Shown here piece by piece: positions 9,536 to 18,542 of a stretch of 64,000 nucleotides of DNA. How positions within the stretch are numbered: the stretch's first letter is position 1; each line of letters opens with the position of its first letter. Source of the DNA: Candidatus Limnocylindrales bacterium (GTDB taxonomy: Bacteria > Chloroflexota > Limnocylindria > Limnocylindrales > CSP1-4); NCBI GenBank assembly GCA_038214255.1, contig JBBQRZ010000011.1, positions 12,254 through 76,253 on the forward strand, in the 5' to 3' direction. Both the position numbers and the translations under genes were made by a program. The notes below the pieces were generated by a model that worked only from the letters and a program-made list of their open reading frames with translations, did not search any database and was not told the origin of the DNA.

Positions 9536-10723
9536 ATGCGTCCCAAGCGCCCGATGCGCCTCTTCAGCGGCTCGCGCCGCCCCGAGGAGCAGCTGCTGTG
9601 GTCGCGCGACATCCGGTTCGTCCACCGGCTGGCGTCCGCGATCCCGGGTGCGCGCGTCCTGGGGCTCGACTCGGGCGCCGTCGTCATCGGGTCTGCCGCG
9701 GCCCTGACCGAGAAGGCCACGGCCGAGATCGCCAGCCACTCGCGAACGCCGGAATACGGTCTCGTCGCCGTCGATGCGGGCCTGGCCGAGGCCGACCGGT
9801 ACCTCATGGCGCTGTCGGCCGCCGTGCAGGCGTCCGGCTTGGCGGACCGGATCGGGATGGCGCCCACCCGCCACGTCATCCAGACGAAGATGCTCGACTA
9901 TTTCTTCAGCCTCCGGCGCCTCCACGCCGTCGCCTTCCAGCCGATCGTCGACCTCGGGACCGGCGATCTCTACGAATACGAGTGCCTGTTCCGGCCCGAC
10001 ATGCCGATGCTCCCCCAGTCGATCGGCTCGATCGTCCAGGCCGCCATCGACACGGACCGCGCCGTCGAGCTCGACATCTTCCTCGTCGGATCGATCCTCG
10101 CGCGGGCCGGAGAGCTGGAGCGCCACCGCCGCGAGGCGGGGTTGCCATCCCTGCGCCTCGCCGTGAACCTCACGCCCTCGAGCCTGCTCGCGGCGCACTT
10201 CGAGAGCGCGGCGCTCGCGACGATGGTTCGCGCGGCCGGCCTCGAGCCCCGTCACATCACGCTCGAGTGCACGGAGCAGCAGTCCGTCGCCGACGTCGTG
10301 CCGCTCAAGCGCGCCGTCAAGGCCCTCCGTCGCGCCGGGTTCGGGTTCGCCGTCGACGATGCCGGGGCGGGATACGCGAGCTTCGCCCTGATCGCCGCAT
10401 TGCGCCCGAGCGTGATCAAGATCGATCGCGAGATCGTCATGGGCATCGGCCGCGACGACGCCAAGCAGGCGCTGGTCGAGGCATTCGTCGCCTTCGGCCG
10501 GCGGATCGGCGCCCGGCTGCTGGCCGAAGGTATCGAGAAGCGCGTCGACCTCGCGATGATCACGTCACTCGGCGTCGAGCTCGGGCAGGGCTATCTCCTG
10601 GGCCGGCCGGCCCTCGAGCCCGGCGCGCCGCGCCCGATCGACGGCCTCCGTCTCGACGCGACCCGCCAGGCGGCGCGCGCAGCGATCGCCGGCCGCCGCC
10701 TCAAGTCGATCCCCACCGACTGA
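9536..10723 (+). CDS. EAL-domain cyclic-di-GMP phosphodiesterase with ~135-aa N-terminal domain of unknown type
   Basis: The EAL-family blocks are YEYECLFRP (ECL variant), LAVNLTP, LECTEQ, FAVDDAGAGYAS, IKIDRE, AEGIE and GQGYLLGRP. Confidence 0.8.
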   Translation: MRPKRPMRLFSGSRRPEEQLLWSRDIRFVHRLASAIPGARVLGLDSGAVVIGSAAALTEKATAEIASHSRTPEYGLVAVDAGLAEADRYLMALSAAVQASGLADRIGMAPTRHVIQTKMLDYFFSLRRLHAVAFQPIVDLGTGDLYEYECLFRPDMPMLPQSIGSIVQAAIDTDRAVELDIFLVGSILARAGELERHRREAGLPSLRLAVNLTPSSLLAAHFESAALATMVRAAGLEPRHITLECTEQQSVADVVPLKRAVKALRRAGFGFAVDDAGAGYASFALIAALRPSVIKIDREIVMGIGRDDAKQALVEAFVAFGRRIGARLLAEGIEKRVDLAMITSLGVELGQGYLLGRPALEPGAPRPIDGLRLDATRQAARAAIAGRRLKSIPTD

Positions 10724-10749
10724 TCGGCGCCTCGCGTACCATCGCGGGC

Positions 10750-11196
10750 ATGATCGATACTGACAACGAAACGGCATCGGGGAGCCCACGCCCGCTCGAT
10801 GCCCGGATCCGCGAGTTCCTGACGGAGCCCTACTACGCGGCGATCGCCACGATCGATCCCGATTGGGGTCCGCGCCAGGCCGTCGTCTGGTACGTGCTCG
10901 ACGGCGACGAGATCGTCCTCAACAGCCGGGTCGGGCGCCGCTGGCCGAACAACCTCCTCCGCGACCCACGGATCTCGATCGCGGTCATCGACCGGACCGA
11001 TGGCGAGCGCTGGGTCGGGATCACGGGAACCGCCGTGGCCGTCGAGGACCAGGCGACGGCCCAGGCCGACATCGCCCGGCTGGCCCGACGCTACGAGCCT
11101 GCCGACGCCGAACGCCGCATCCCCGGGTTCGAGGCCCAGGCGCGGATCAGCTTCCGGGTCGCGATCCGCCGGGTCCACGACCACCTTGATCCCTAG
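10750..11196 (+). CDS. PPOX-class (pyridoxamine 5'-phosphate oxidase-like) probable F420-dependent enzyme
   Basis: The internal ATG at 10750 begins MIDTDNETASGSPRPLDARIREFLTEPYYAAIATIDPDWGPRQAVVWYVLDGDEIVLNS. The upstream 384 codons of the track ORF are a shadow of the EAL gene. Confidence 0.75.
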   Translation: MIDTDNETASGSPRPLDARIREFLTEPYYAAIATIDPDWGPRQAVVWYVLDGDEIVLNSRVGRRWPNNLLRDPRISIAVIDRTDGERWVGITGTAVAVEDQATAQADIARLARRYEPADAERRIPGFEAQARISFRVAIRRVHDHLDP

Positions 11197-11235
11197 GCGG
11201 CCGGCGAACCGCCAGGTCGCGGAGCACCACCGACG

Positions 11236-12186
11236 ATGAACGTCGTCGAGCTCGCCGGCGGCGTCGGCGGCGCGAAGCTCGCGGAGGGCCTGGCCGCGCA
11301 CCTGGGCGCGGATCTCACGGTCGTGGTCAACACCGGCGACGACGTCGAGTTGTACGGGCTCGCGATCTGGCCGGATCATGACACCGTGGCCTACACCCTC
11401 GGCGACCTCGACGACGAGGTTCGCGGCTGGGGCCTGCGCGACGAGACGTGGACGGTCATGGATCGGCTCTCGGCCCTCGGCGACGACCCGTGGTTCCGCC
11501 TCGGCGATCGGGATCTCGCCACCCACCTGTGGCGGACGAACCGCCTGCGGGCGGGCGATCGACCGACCGCGGTCGCGCTCGGATTGCGGGAGGTGCTCGG
11601 GTTCGCCGCGAGGATCCTGCCGATGACCGACGAGCCCGTGCGCTCCCAGGTCCGCACCGACGAGGGCTGGATGGAGTTCCAGGAGTACTTCGTCCATCGC
11701 CACCAGGAGCCCGAGGTCCACGAAGTCCGGTTCGACGGGATCGAATCCGCGCGTGCCACGCCCGAGGTCCGCGCCGCCATCGGCTCGGCGGAAGCGATCG
11801 TCCTGGCGCCCTCGAATCCGATCGTCTCGCTCGCGCCGATCCTCGCTGTCCCCGGCCTGCGCGACGCGATCGACGAGGCTCGGGCCCGGGGCGTGCCGGT
11901 CGTCGGCGTTAGCGGCATAGTGGGCGGCATCGCGCTCAAGGGGCCGGCCGACAGGATGCTCGCGTCACTCGGCCACGAGTCCAGCGCGCTCGGGGTGGCG
12001 CGGCTCCTCCACGACCTCCTCGATCTCTTCATCATCGATCAGGTGGACGCGGACCTGGCGCCATCGATCGAGGCCCTCGGCCTGCGGGTCGTCGTCGCCG
12101 ACACGATCATGACCGACGACGACGCGCGCGCCCGGGTCGGCGCCTCGGTCCTGGCCGCGACGCGGGCCGTACCATCGGCGACGTGA
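11236..12186 (+). CDS. cofD: 2-phospho-L-lactate transferase (F420 biosynthesis)
   Basis: VVELAGGVGGAKLAEGL, VVVNTGDD...YGLAIWPDHDTVAYTL and LAPSNPIVSLAPIL are CofD/FbiA hallmarks. Confidence 0.9.
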   Translation: MNVVELAGGVGGAKLAEGLAAHLGADLTVVVNTGDDVELYGLAIWPDHDTVAYTLGDLDDEVRGWGLRDETWTVMDRLSALGDDPWFRLGDRDLATHLWRTNRLRAGDRPTAVALGLREVLGFAARILPMTDEPVRSQVRTDEGWMEFQEYFVHRHQEPEVHEVRFDGIESARATPEVRAAIGSAEAIVLAPSNPIVSLAPILAVPGLRDAIDEARARGVPVVGVSGIVGGIALKGPADRMLASLGHESSALGVARLLHDLLDLFIIDQVDADLAPSIEALGLRVVVADTIMTDDDARARVGASVLAATRAVPSAT

Positions 12187-12833
12187 CCGACCCACAGACC
12201 TCGGCCAGGCCCCGGATCGTGGCGATCGTCCCGGTCGGCCGCCTCGAGAACGCGAAGACCCGGCTGGGCGGGACGCTCGACGCCGAGGAGCGGCTCGTCC
12301 TCGTCCAGGGCCTCCTGCGCCGCACACTCCAGGCGACGATCGCGTCGCCCGATCTCGCCGAGACGCTCGTCGTGAGCCCGGATCCCGCCGCGCTCGAGAT
12401 CGCCGCCACGGCCGGGGCCCGGACCCTGCGCCAGCGGTCGGGTCGGCTCAATGCGGCCCTCCGGACCGCGCGGGACGATGCGATCGCAGGCGGCGCCGAT
12501 GCGATCGTCGTGCTGCCGATCGACCTGCCGCTGATCTCGGCCGCGGCCCTCGAGCCACTCCTTCGCGAACTCGCCGCGGGGTGGCCGACGGGGGGGCCGC
12601 GCGTCATCGTCGTGCCGGACCGGCACGGCCCCGGAACCAATGCGTTGGGGCTCGTCCCGCCGGACGTCATCGATCCCGCGTTCGGCGCCGACAGCCTGGC
12701 CAGCCACGTTTCGAGCGGACGCGCCGCGGGGGCCACGGTCGTGCAACTGGGCGGGCCGCTGACCCTGGACCTCGACACGGCCGACGACCTCCTGCTCGTC
12801 GAGCGCGTCGGACCCGAGCTGACGGTTGGCTGA
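12183..12833 (+). CDS. cofC: 2-phospho-L-lactate / phosphoenolpyruvate guanylyltransferase (F420 biosynthesis)
   Basis: The GTG start overlaps the cofD stop (GTGA). Motifs are IVPVGRLENAKTRLG, VVLPIDLPL and DRHGPGTNAL. Confidence 0.85.
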   Translation: MTDPQTSARPRIVAIVPVGRLENAKTRLGGTLDAEERLVLVQGLLRRTLQATIASPDLAETLVVSPDPAALEIAATAGARTLRQRSGRLNAALRTARDDAIAGGADAIVVLPIDLPLISAAALEPLLRELAAGWPTGGPRVIVVPDRHGPGTNALGLVPPDVIDPAFGADSLASHVSSGRAAGATVVQLGGPLTLDLDTADDLLLVERVGPELTVG

Positions 12834-13593
12834 GCGACTCGAGGTCGTGCCGATCCCCGGACTCGGCGAGATCGTGCCCGGGGACGACCTGCCCGCCCTG
12901 ATTGCCACGGCCATCGCGGCGACCGGGGACGTCCTGCCGCTGCGGGACGACGACGTGCTCGTCGTGACCCAGAAGGTCGTGTCGAAGGCCGAGGGCGCGG
13001 TCGTCAACCTCACCACGGTCACGCCGCGTCCCGAGGCGATCGAGTTCGCGACCCGCTACGACCGGGATCCCCGCCAGGTCGAGGTGGTCCTGCGGGAGGC
13101 CGTGCGGATCGTGCGGATGGCCAATGGGGTCCTCATCACCGAGACGCCCCATGGCTTCGTCTGCGCGAACGGCGGAGTCGACGCGTCGAACGTCGGTCCG
13201 GCCTCCGGCTCGGTCGTCACACTCCTGCCGCGCGACCCGGATGCCTCGGCCGACGCCATCCGGGCGGCCATCGCCGAACGGCTCGACCAGGACCTGCCGG
13301 TCATCGTGTCGGACAGCTTCGGGCGGCCGTGGCGCCTCGGGATCGTCGACGTGGCGATCGGCGTGTCGGGCCTGATGCCGCTCGATGACCTCCGTGGCGC
13401 CCCGGACGCCGACGGGCGGGTGATGCGCTCGACCGTGCGAGCCGTGGCCGACGAGCTCGCCTCCGCCGCCGAGCTCGCGCTCGGCAAGACCGCCCGGAGG
13501 CCGATCGCGCTCGTTCGAGGAGCCTCGTTCCGGCGCGGCGACGCCCGCATCCGCGATGCCCTCATGCCGGCCGAGGCCGACCTCTTCCGCTGA
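12826..13593 (+). CDS. cofE: coenzyme F420-0:L-glutamate ligase, standalone (no FbiB-type C-terminal domain)
   Basis: Motifs include PGLGEIVPGDDLPALI, VVTQKVVSKAEG, GFVCANGGVDASN and DSFGRPWRLG. The gene is 255 codons long. A TTG start at 12826 or a GTG at 12847 is possible. Confidence 0.85.
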   Translation: MAERLEVVPIPGLGEIVPGDDLPALIATAIAATGDVLPLRDDDVLVVTQKVVSKAEGAVVNLTTVTPRPEAIEFATRYDRDPRQVEVVLREAVRIVRMANGVLITETPHGFVCANGGVDASNVGPASGSVVTLLPRDPDASADAIRAAIAERLDQDLPVIVSDSFGRPWRLGIVDVAIGVSGLMPLDDLRGAPDADGRVMRSTVRAVADELASAAELALGKTARRPIALVRGASFRRGDARIRDALMPAEADLFR

Positions 13594-13611
13594 CCGGGGT
13601 ACGCTGCCGCA

Positions 13612-14508
13612 GTGAAGATCGGCTTGCAGATCGACTCGTTCACCTGGCCGGGCGGGTCCGAGGCGATCGGACCGACCCTCGCGCGGATCGTCCGCCAGGC
13701 GGACGACGTTGGTTTCGACTCCATCTGGGTCATGGACCACTTCTTCCAGATCCGGGGCGTGGGCCGGCCCGAGGAGCCGATGCTCGAGGGCATGACGACG
13801 CTCGGGTTCATGGCGGCCCATTCGCGCCGGGCGCGCCTGGGCCTGATGGTCGGCGGCGTCCACTACCGGCTCCCCGGGCTGTGGGTCAAGGCGACGACGA
13901 CGCTCGACGTGCTGTCCGGCGGCCGCGCCTGGCTGGGCATCGGCGCAGCCTGGAACGAGGACGAATCGAGGAGCCTCGGATTCCCGTTCCCGAACCTCGG
14001 CGTCCGGTTCGAGATGCTCGAGGAGACGCTCCAGATCGCGAACGAGATGTGGCAGGGCGAGCGGGGTTCCGAGGCCGCGTTCGAGGGACACCAGTTCCGG
14101 GCCACGCGACTGCTCAACTCCCCGCAGTCGCTGTCCCGCCCCAGGGTGCCGATCATGATCGGCGGCGGGGGCGAGAAGAAGACCCTTCGGCTCGTCGCGC
14201 GCTTCGGGGACGCGTGCAACGTATTCGGGACTCCCGAGGCGATCGCTCGCAAGTATCGGATCCTCGCCGAGCACTGCGCGGACGTGGGCCGGGATCCCGA
14301 CGAGATCGAGCGGAGCACGCTCCAGGGCGTCGATCTCCGGGCCGATGGCAGCCGCCGGGCGGAGACCCCGGCCGGCGTCGTCGACCGGTTCGGCGAACTG
14401 GGTGACGCGGGGGCGCAACACATCATCATCTCGGCCCGCGGGCTCGCCGAACCGAGCGCCCTCGAGCGCCTGGGTCGCGACGTCGTCGCGGGGGTCCACG
14501 AGCTCTGA
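13612..14508 (+). CDS. LLM-class F420-dependent oxidoreductase
   Basis: Blocks GFDSIWVMDHFFQ, GRAWLGIGAAWNEDE and PRVPIMIGGGGEKKTLRLVARFGDACN fit the family. The gene sits immediately after cofDCE. Confidence 0.8.
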   Translation: MKIGLQIDSFTWPGGSEAIGPTLARIVRQADDVGFDSIWVMDHFFQIRGVGRPEEPMLEGMTTLGFMAAHSRRARLGLMVGGVHYRLPGLWVKATTTLDVLSGGRAWLGIGAAWNEDESRSLGFPFPNLGVRFEMLEETLQIANEMWQGERGSEAAFEGHQFRATRLLNSPQSLSRPRVPIMIGGGGEKKTLRLVARFGDACNVFGTPEAIARKYRILAEHCADVGRDPDEIERSTLQGVDLRADGSRRAETPAGVVDRFGELGDAGAQHIIISARGLAEPSALERLGRDVVAGVHEL

Positions 14509-14551
14509 CCCATACCCCGGGGGAGTATCCGAACGTGGTACGATTGAACCC

Positions 14552-15682
14552 ATGACAGACAAGAAAACGGGCAACGGTCAGGGTGCCGCAAACCCGTTCG
14601 GTGGCTTCGCGATCGACTTCTCCGAAGGCGGGGTCACGCCGCTCGAGGCCGAACCCATCGCGATCGATGCCGCACCCCCAGCCGGATCGACCGCGCCCGG
14701 CGGCCCGACCACGATCGTCAGTGGGGAGGGGCGGGTCGACGCGAAGATGGTCATCGTCGGCTCGGGCCCGGCCGGCCTGACTGCCGCGATCTACGCGGCG
14801 CGCGCCAATCTCGAGCCGGTCGTCCTGGCGGGTTCGGCGCCGGGCGGCCAGCTGATGCTGACGAGCGACGTCGAGAACTACCCGGGCTTCCCCGACGGCA
14901 TCCAGGGTCCCGATCTCATGGCCGCGATGCGCGCCCAGGCCGAGCGGTTCGGATCGCGGCTCATCGACGTCGACATCGATCGCGTCGACTTCTCGGAGCG
15001 CCCATTCCGCCTCTGGGCCCGGGGCATCGAATACCGGGCGCAATCGGTCGTCGTCGCGACCGGCGCCTCGGCGCTGTGGCTCGGGCTCGATAGCGAGACC
15101 CGCCTGCGCGGGCGCGGCGTGTCCGCCTGCGCGACGTGCGACGGGTTCTTCTTCCGTGACCGCGAGATCGCGGTCGTCGGTGGCGGCGACACCGCCTTCG
15201 AGGAGGCGACCTACCTGACCCGGTTCGCTAGCAAGGTCCACCTGCTGCACCGGCGCGACAGCTTCCGCGCGAGCAAGATCATGGTCGACCGGGCCGTCGA
15301 GCATCCCAAGATCGATATCCATCTGAACGTTGCCGTCGAGGAGGTCCTCGGGGCTGCCAAGGTCGAAGGGCTCGTCCTGCGCGACACGGCCTCGGGCGCC
15401 GCGACGGAGATGCCGATCGAAGGACTCTTCATCGCCATCGGCTACGAGCCGAACACCGCTGTCTTCCGCGACTGGCTCGAGGTCGACGAGAAGGGCTACC
15501 TCGTCGTCCGCGACGAGACCGGCTCGAAGGTCGACGGCGTGTTCATCGCCGGCGACGTCCATGACCATCGCTATCGTCAGGCCGTCACGGCCGCCGCCGA
15601 CGGGTGCAAGGCCGCGATCGACGCGGAGCGCTGGCTCGAGGCCCAGGGCATCACTGAAGTCGCCACCGCGACCGCCTGGTAG
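14552..15682 (+). CDS. trxB: thioredoxin-disulfide reductase with ~65-aa N-terminal extension
   Basis: Motifs are MVIVGSGPAGLTAAIYAARA, the redox centre CATCDG, GGGDTAFEEATYL and GVFIAGDV. The ATG at 14552 is in frame, and GC3 stays high from there to the canonical N-terminus at 14747. Confidence 0.85.
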   Translation: MTDKKTGNGQGAANPFGGFAIDFSEGGVTPLEAEPIAIDAAPPAGSTAPGGPTTIVSGEGRVDAKMVIVGSGPAGLTAAIYAARANLEPVVLAGSAPGGQLMLTSDVENYPGFPDGIQGPDLMAAMRAQAERFGSRLIDVDIDRVDFSERPFRLWARGIEYRAQSVVVATGASALWLGLDSETRLRGRGVSACATCDGFFFRDREIAVVGGGDTAFEEATYLTRFASKVHLLHRRDSFRASKIMVDRAVEHPKIDIHLNVAVEEVLGAAKVEGLVLRDTASGAATEMPIEGLFIAIGYEPNTAVFRDWLEVDEKGYLVVRDETGSKVDGVFIAGDVHDHRYRQAVTAAADGCKAAIDAERWLEAQGITEVATATAW

Positions 15683-15684
15683 GG

Positions 15685-16440
15685 GTGGCCGAACCGGGGC
15701 GCTATGCCCTGCTGCCCAGGCTCGGCATCCGACCGACCGTCGGCAGCCTCGTCCATGAGGCGCTCGATCGCGCCGTCGGCGCGGCCGAGACCCGCTCACC
15801 CGGCGCCGTCGCGGCCCTCGATGCCGGCTGTGGCCGATTGTCCGCCCTGCGCGCGTTCCGCCCCCGGATCGCCCGGATGGTGGGCGTCGACATCCACGAG
15901 CCTCCCACGCCCCTCGCCCATCTCGACGAGTTCGCGATCGTCGACCTCTGTGGCACGCCGGCGGCCTTCGGCGACGGCTCCTTCGACCTCGTACTCTCGA
16001 GCTTCACGCTGGAACACTTCTCCGATCCGCTGACGGCCCTGACCAACGTGCGCCGCTGGCTCCGACCGGGCGGCACGCTGGTCGCGACAACGGTCAACCG
16101 TCGCCACCCGTTCGTCGCGGCCTACCTTGGCCTGCCCGAGCGCCCGCGCCGAGTGATCCAGCCGCTGGTCAAGGCCTCCGCGGCCGATGCGCACCCGCTG
16201 GTCGGCGCCTGCAACGATCCCGCGACGGTTCGTCGGATGCTCGACGCGGCCGGGTACACGGACATCCGGCTGACCACCGTGGGCCACCTCGCCCGGGCGT
16301 GGGGCCGTCACTGGCCGACGTTCGCGCTCGGCCTCGCTGGCGACCTCCTGACGAGGTTCGCGCCATCTCGCCGCTCGACGATGATGGTACTCGCCAGCGC
16401 CCCGGCGGCCGCCAGCGCGCCGTTGGCGGCCGGCCGATGA
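15685..16440 (+). CDS. class I SAM-dependent methyltransferase
   Basis: The motif I region is ALDAGCGRLS, followed by FDLVLSSFTLEHF and LRPGGTLV. Confidence 0.7.
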   Translation: MAEPGRYALLPRLGIRPTVGSLVHEALDRAVGAAETRSPGAVAALDAGCGRLSALRAFRPRIARMVGVDIHEPPTPLAHLDEFAIVDLCGTPAAFGDGSFDLVLSSFTLEHFSDPLTALTNVRRWLRPGGTLVATTVNRRHPFVAAYLGLPERPRRVIQPLVKASAADAHPLVGACNDPATVRRMLDAAGYTDIRLTTVGHLARAWGRHWPTFALGLAGDLLTRFAPSRRSTMMVLASAPAAASAPLAAGR

Positions 16441-18542
16441 GCCTCCCCGGCGGACGGGGGCGCGCGACCTCCGGCGGTGCGGCGGCCGGCGCCAGCGGAC
16501 CGAGACGGATGGTCGGCGGCGGCGGGATGTGGGGCGGTCCCACCCGGGAGTTCACGCCGGTCCCCAAGGAGCGCCGCGGACGGACGCTCCGCCGGATCGT
16601 GGCGTTCTTCCGGCCGTACCGGCTCCGGGTCGCGATCGTCCTCGTCGCGATCCTGGCCACGAGCCTGATCGGCCTCGCCAACCCGTACCTGCTCAAGCTC
16701 CTCATCGACGACGCGATCCCGAAGCGAGACTTCTTCCTGCTGAACCTGTACGTCGGGCTGATGATCGTCCTGCCGTTCTTCACCGGGCTGATCGGAGTCG
16801 GGCAGGCGTACCTCAACAATCTCATCGGCCAGAACGTCATGCAGGACCTGCGTGGGGCGCTCTACGCCCACCTGCAGCGGATGCCCCTTCGGTTCTTCAC
16901 CGAGACGCGCACCGGCGAGATCCAATCGCGGCTGGCCAACGATGTCGGGGGCGTGCAGTCGGTCGTCACCGACACGGCCAGCAGCGTGACCAGCAATCTG
17001 GCCATCGCGCTCAGCACGGTCGTGGCGATGTTCCTCATCGACTGGCGCCTGACATTCCTCTCGCTCGGCCTGCTCCCGTTCTTCATGTACCTGACCTATC
17101 GCGTGGGGAAGGTGCGGCGCGACGTCAGCTCCGAGACCCAGAAATCCCTCGCCGAGATGTCGGCGCTGACCGAGGAGACCCTCAGCGTCAGCGGCATGCT
17201 TCTGTCCAAGACGTTCGGCCAGCAGGAGGCCTCGGTCAAGCGGTTCCGTGGCCTCAACGCGCAGCTCGCGGCCCTGCAGATCCGCCAGGCGATGGTCGGC
17301 CGCTGGTTCTTCATGATCATCGGGACGATCTTCTCGATCACCCCCGCGTTCGTGTACTGGCTCGCGGGCTATCTGGCCATCCAGAACGACCCGACGGCCC
17401 CGACGATCGGCGACATCGTCGCGTTCACGACCCTCCAGAGTCGCCTCTTCTTTCCGCTCGGTCAGCTGCTCAACGTCCAGGTCGAGATCCAGGGCGCACT
17501 CGCCCTGTTCGACCGGATCTTCGAGTACCTCGAGATGGACCCCGAGATCGTCGACTCGCCCGATGCCGTCGACCTGGACCCGGGGGTGGTCAGAGGCCAG
17601 GTCCGGTTCCACGACGTGTCGTTCCACTACCCGACCGAGGCGGTCCCATCGACCCGTGCGTTCGAGGCCGCCGCTTCCGGTCACGACCATGCGTCCGCGG
17701 ATGGCACGGCATCGGGCCCGGCTGCGGCCGCGGCCACAGTCGATGCCGGCGCGGTCGAGGAGCTCGTGGACCGCGCGGGTGCGGGCGACGGCCTCGCGGC
17801 CCCCGCGATCGAGCTGCTGCCGAGCTTCGGGCTCGAGGGCATCGACTTCGAGGCCGAGCCCGGCGAGCTGGTCGCGCTCGTCGGACCATCGGGCTCCGGC
17901 AAGACGACGACGACCTACCTCATCCCGCGGCTGTACGACGTCGATTCGGGCGGGGTGGAGATCGACGGCCGCGATATCCGGCGAATCAAGCTCGCATCGC
18001 TCGGCCAGGTGGTCGGCGTCGTGACCCAAGAGACATACCTCTTCCACGCCTCGGTCCGCGACAACCTCGTCTATGCCAAGCCCGACGCGACCGACACCGA
18101 GCTCGAGACGGCCGCGCGCGCCGCCGCGATCCACGAGCGGGTCATGGAGCTGCCCGAGGGCTACGACACGATCGTCGGGGAGCGCGGGTACAAGCTGTCG
18201 GGTGGGGAGAAGCAGCGGATCGCCATCGCCCGGGTGCTGCTCAAGGACCCGCGGATCCTCATCCTCGATGAGGCGACGTCGGCCCTCGACACCGTGTCGG
18301 AGCGGCTCATCCAGGCCGCCTTCGAGCGCCTGATGGAGGGCCGCACGACGATCGCGATCGCGCACCGGCTCTCGACGATCCTGCGAGCCGATCGAATCCT
18401 CGTCTACGACCGCGGCCGGATCGTCGAGCGTGGCACGCACGCGGAGCTCCTCGCCCGCGGCGGCCTGTACGCTCGGCTGTACCGCGAGCAGTTCCTGACC
18501 GAGCACGCGACCGATGACGTCGCCCCCGCGCTGGTGGACTGA
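16437..18542 (+). CDS. ABC exporter, fused permease/ATPase (MsbA/multidrug type) with a low-complexity insert in the ATPase domain
   Basis: The ATG at 16437 overlaps the upstream stop (ATGA). There are six TM segments, Walker A GPSGSGKTT, signature LSGGEKQRIAIAR, Walker B ILILDEATSALD and the H-loop AIAHRLST. Confidence 0.85.
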   Translation: MSLPGGRGRATSGGAAAGASGPRRMVGGGGMWGGPTREFTPVPKERRGRTLRRIVAFFRPYRLRVAIVLVAILATSLIGLANPYLLKLLIDDAIPKRDFFLLNLYVGLMIVLPFFTGLIGVGQAYLNNLIGQNVMQDLRGALYAHLQRMPLRFFTETRTGEIQSRLANDVGGVQSVVTDTASSVTSNLAIALSTVVAMFLIDWRLTFLSLGLLPFFMYLTYRVGKVRRDVSSETQKSLAEMSALTEETLSVSGMLLSKTFGQQEASVKRFRGLNAQLAALQIRQAMVGRWFFMIIGTIFSITPAFVYWLAGYLAIQNDPTAPTIGDIVAFTTLQSRLFFPLGQLLNVQVEIQGALALFDRIFEYLEMDPEIVDSPDAVDLDPGVVRGQVRFHDVSFHYPTEAVPSTRAFEAAASGHDHASADGTASGPAAAAATVDAGAVEELVDRAGAGDGLAAPAIELLPSFGLEGIDFEAEPGELVALVGPSGSGKTTTTYLIPRLYDVDSGGVEIDGRDIRRIKLASLGQVVGVVTQETYLFHASVRDNLVYAKPDATDTELETAARAAAIHERVMELPEGYDTIVGERGYKLSGGEKQRIAIARVLLKDPRILILDEATSALDTVSERLIQAAFERLMEGRTTIAIAHRLSTILRADRILVYDRGRIVERGTHAELLARGGLYARLYREQFLTEHATDDVAPALVD

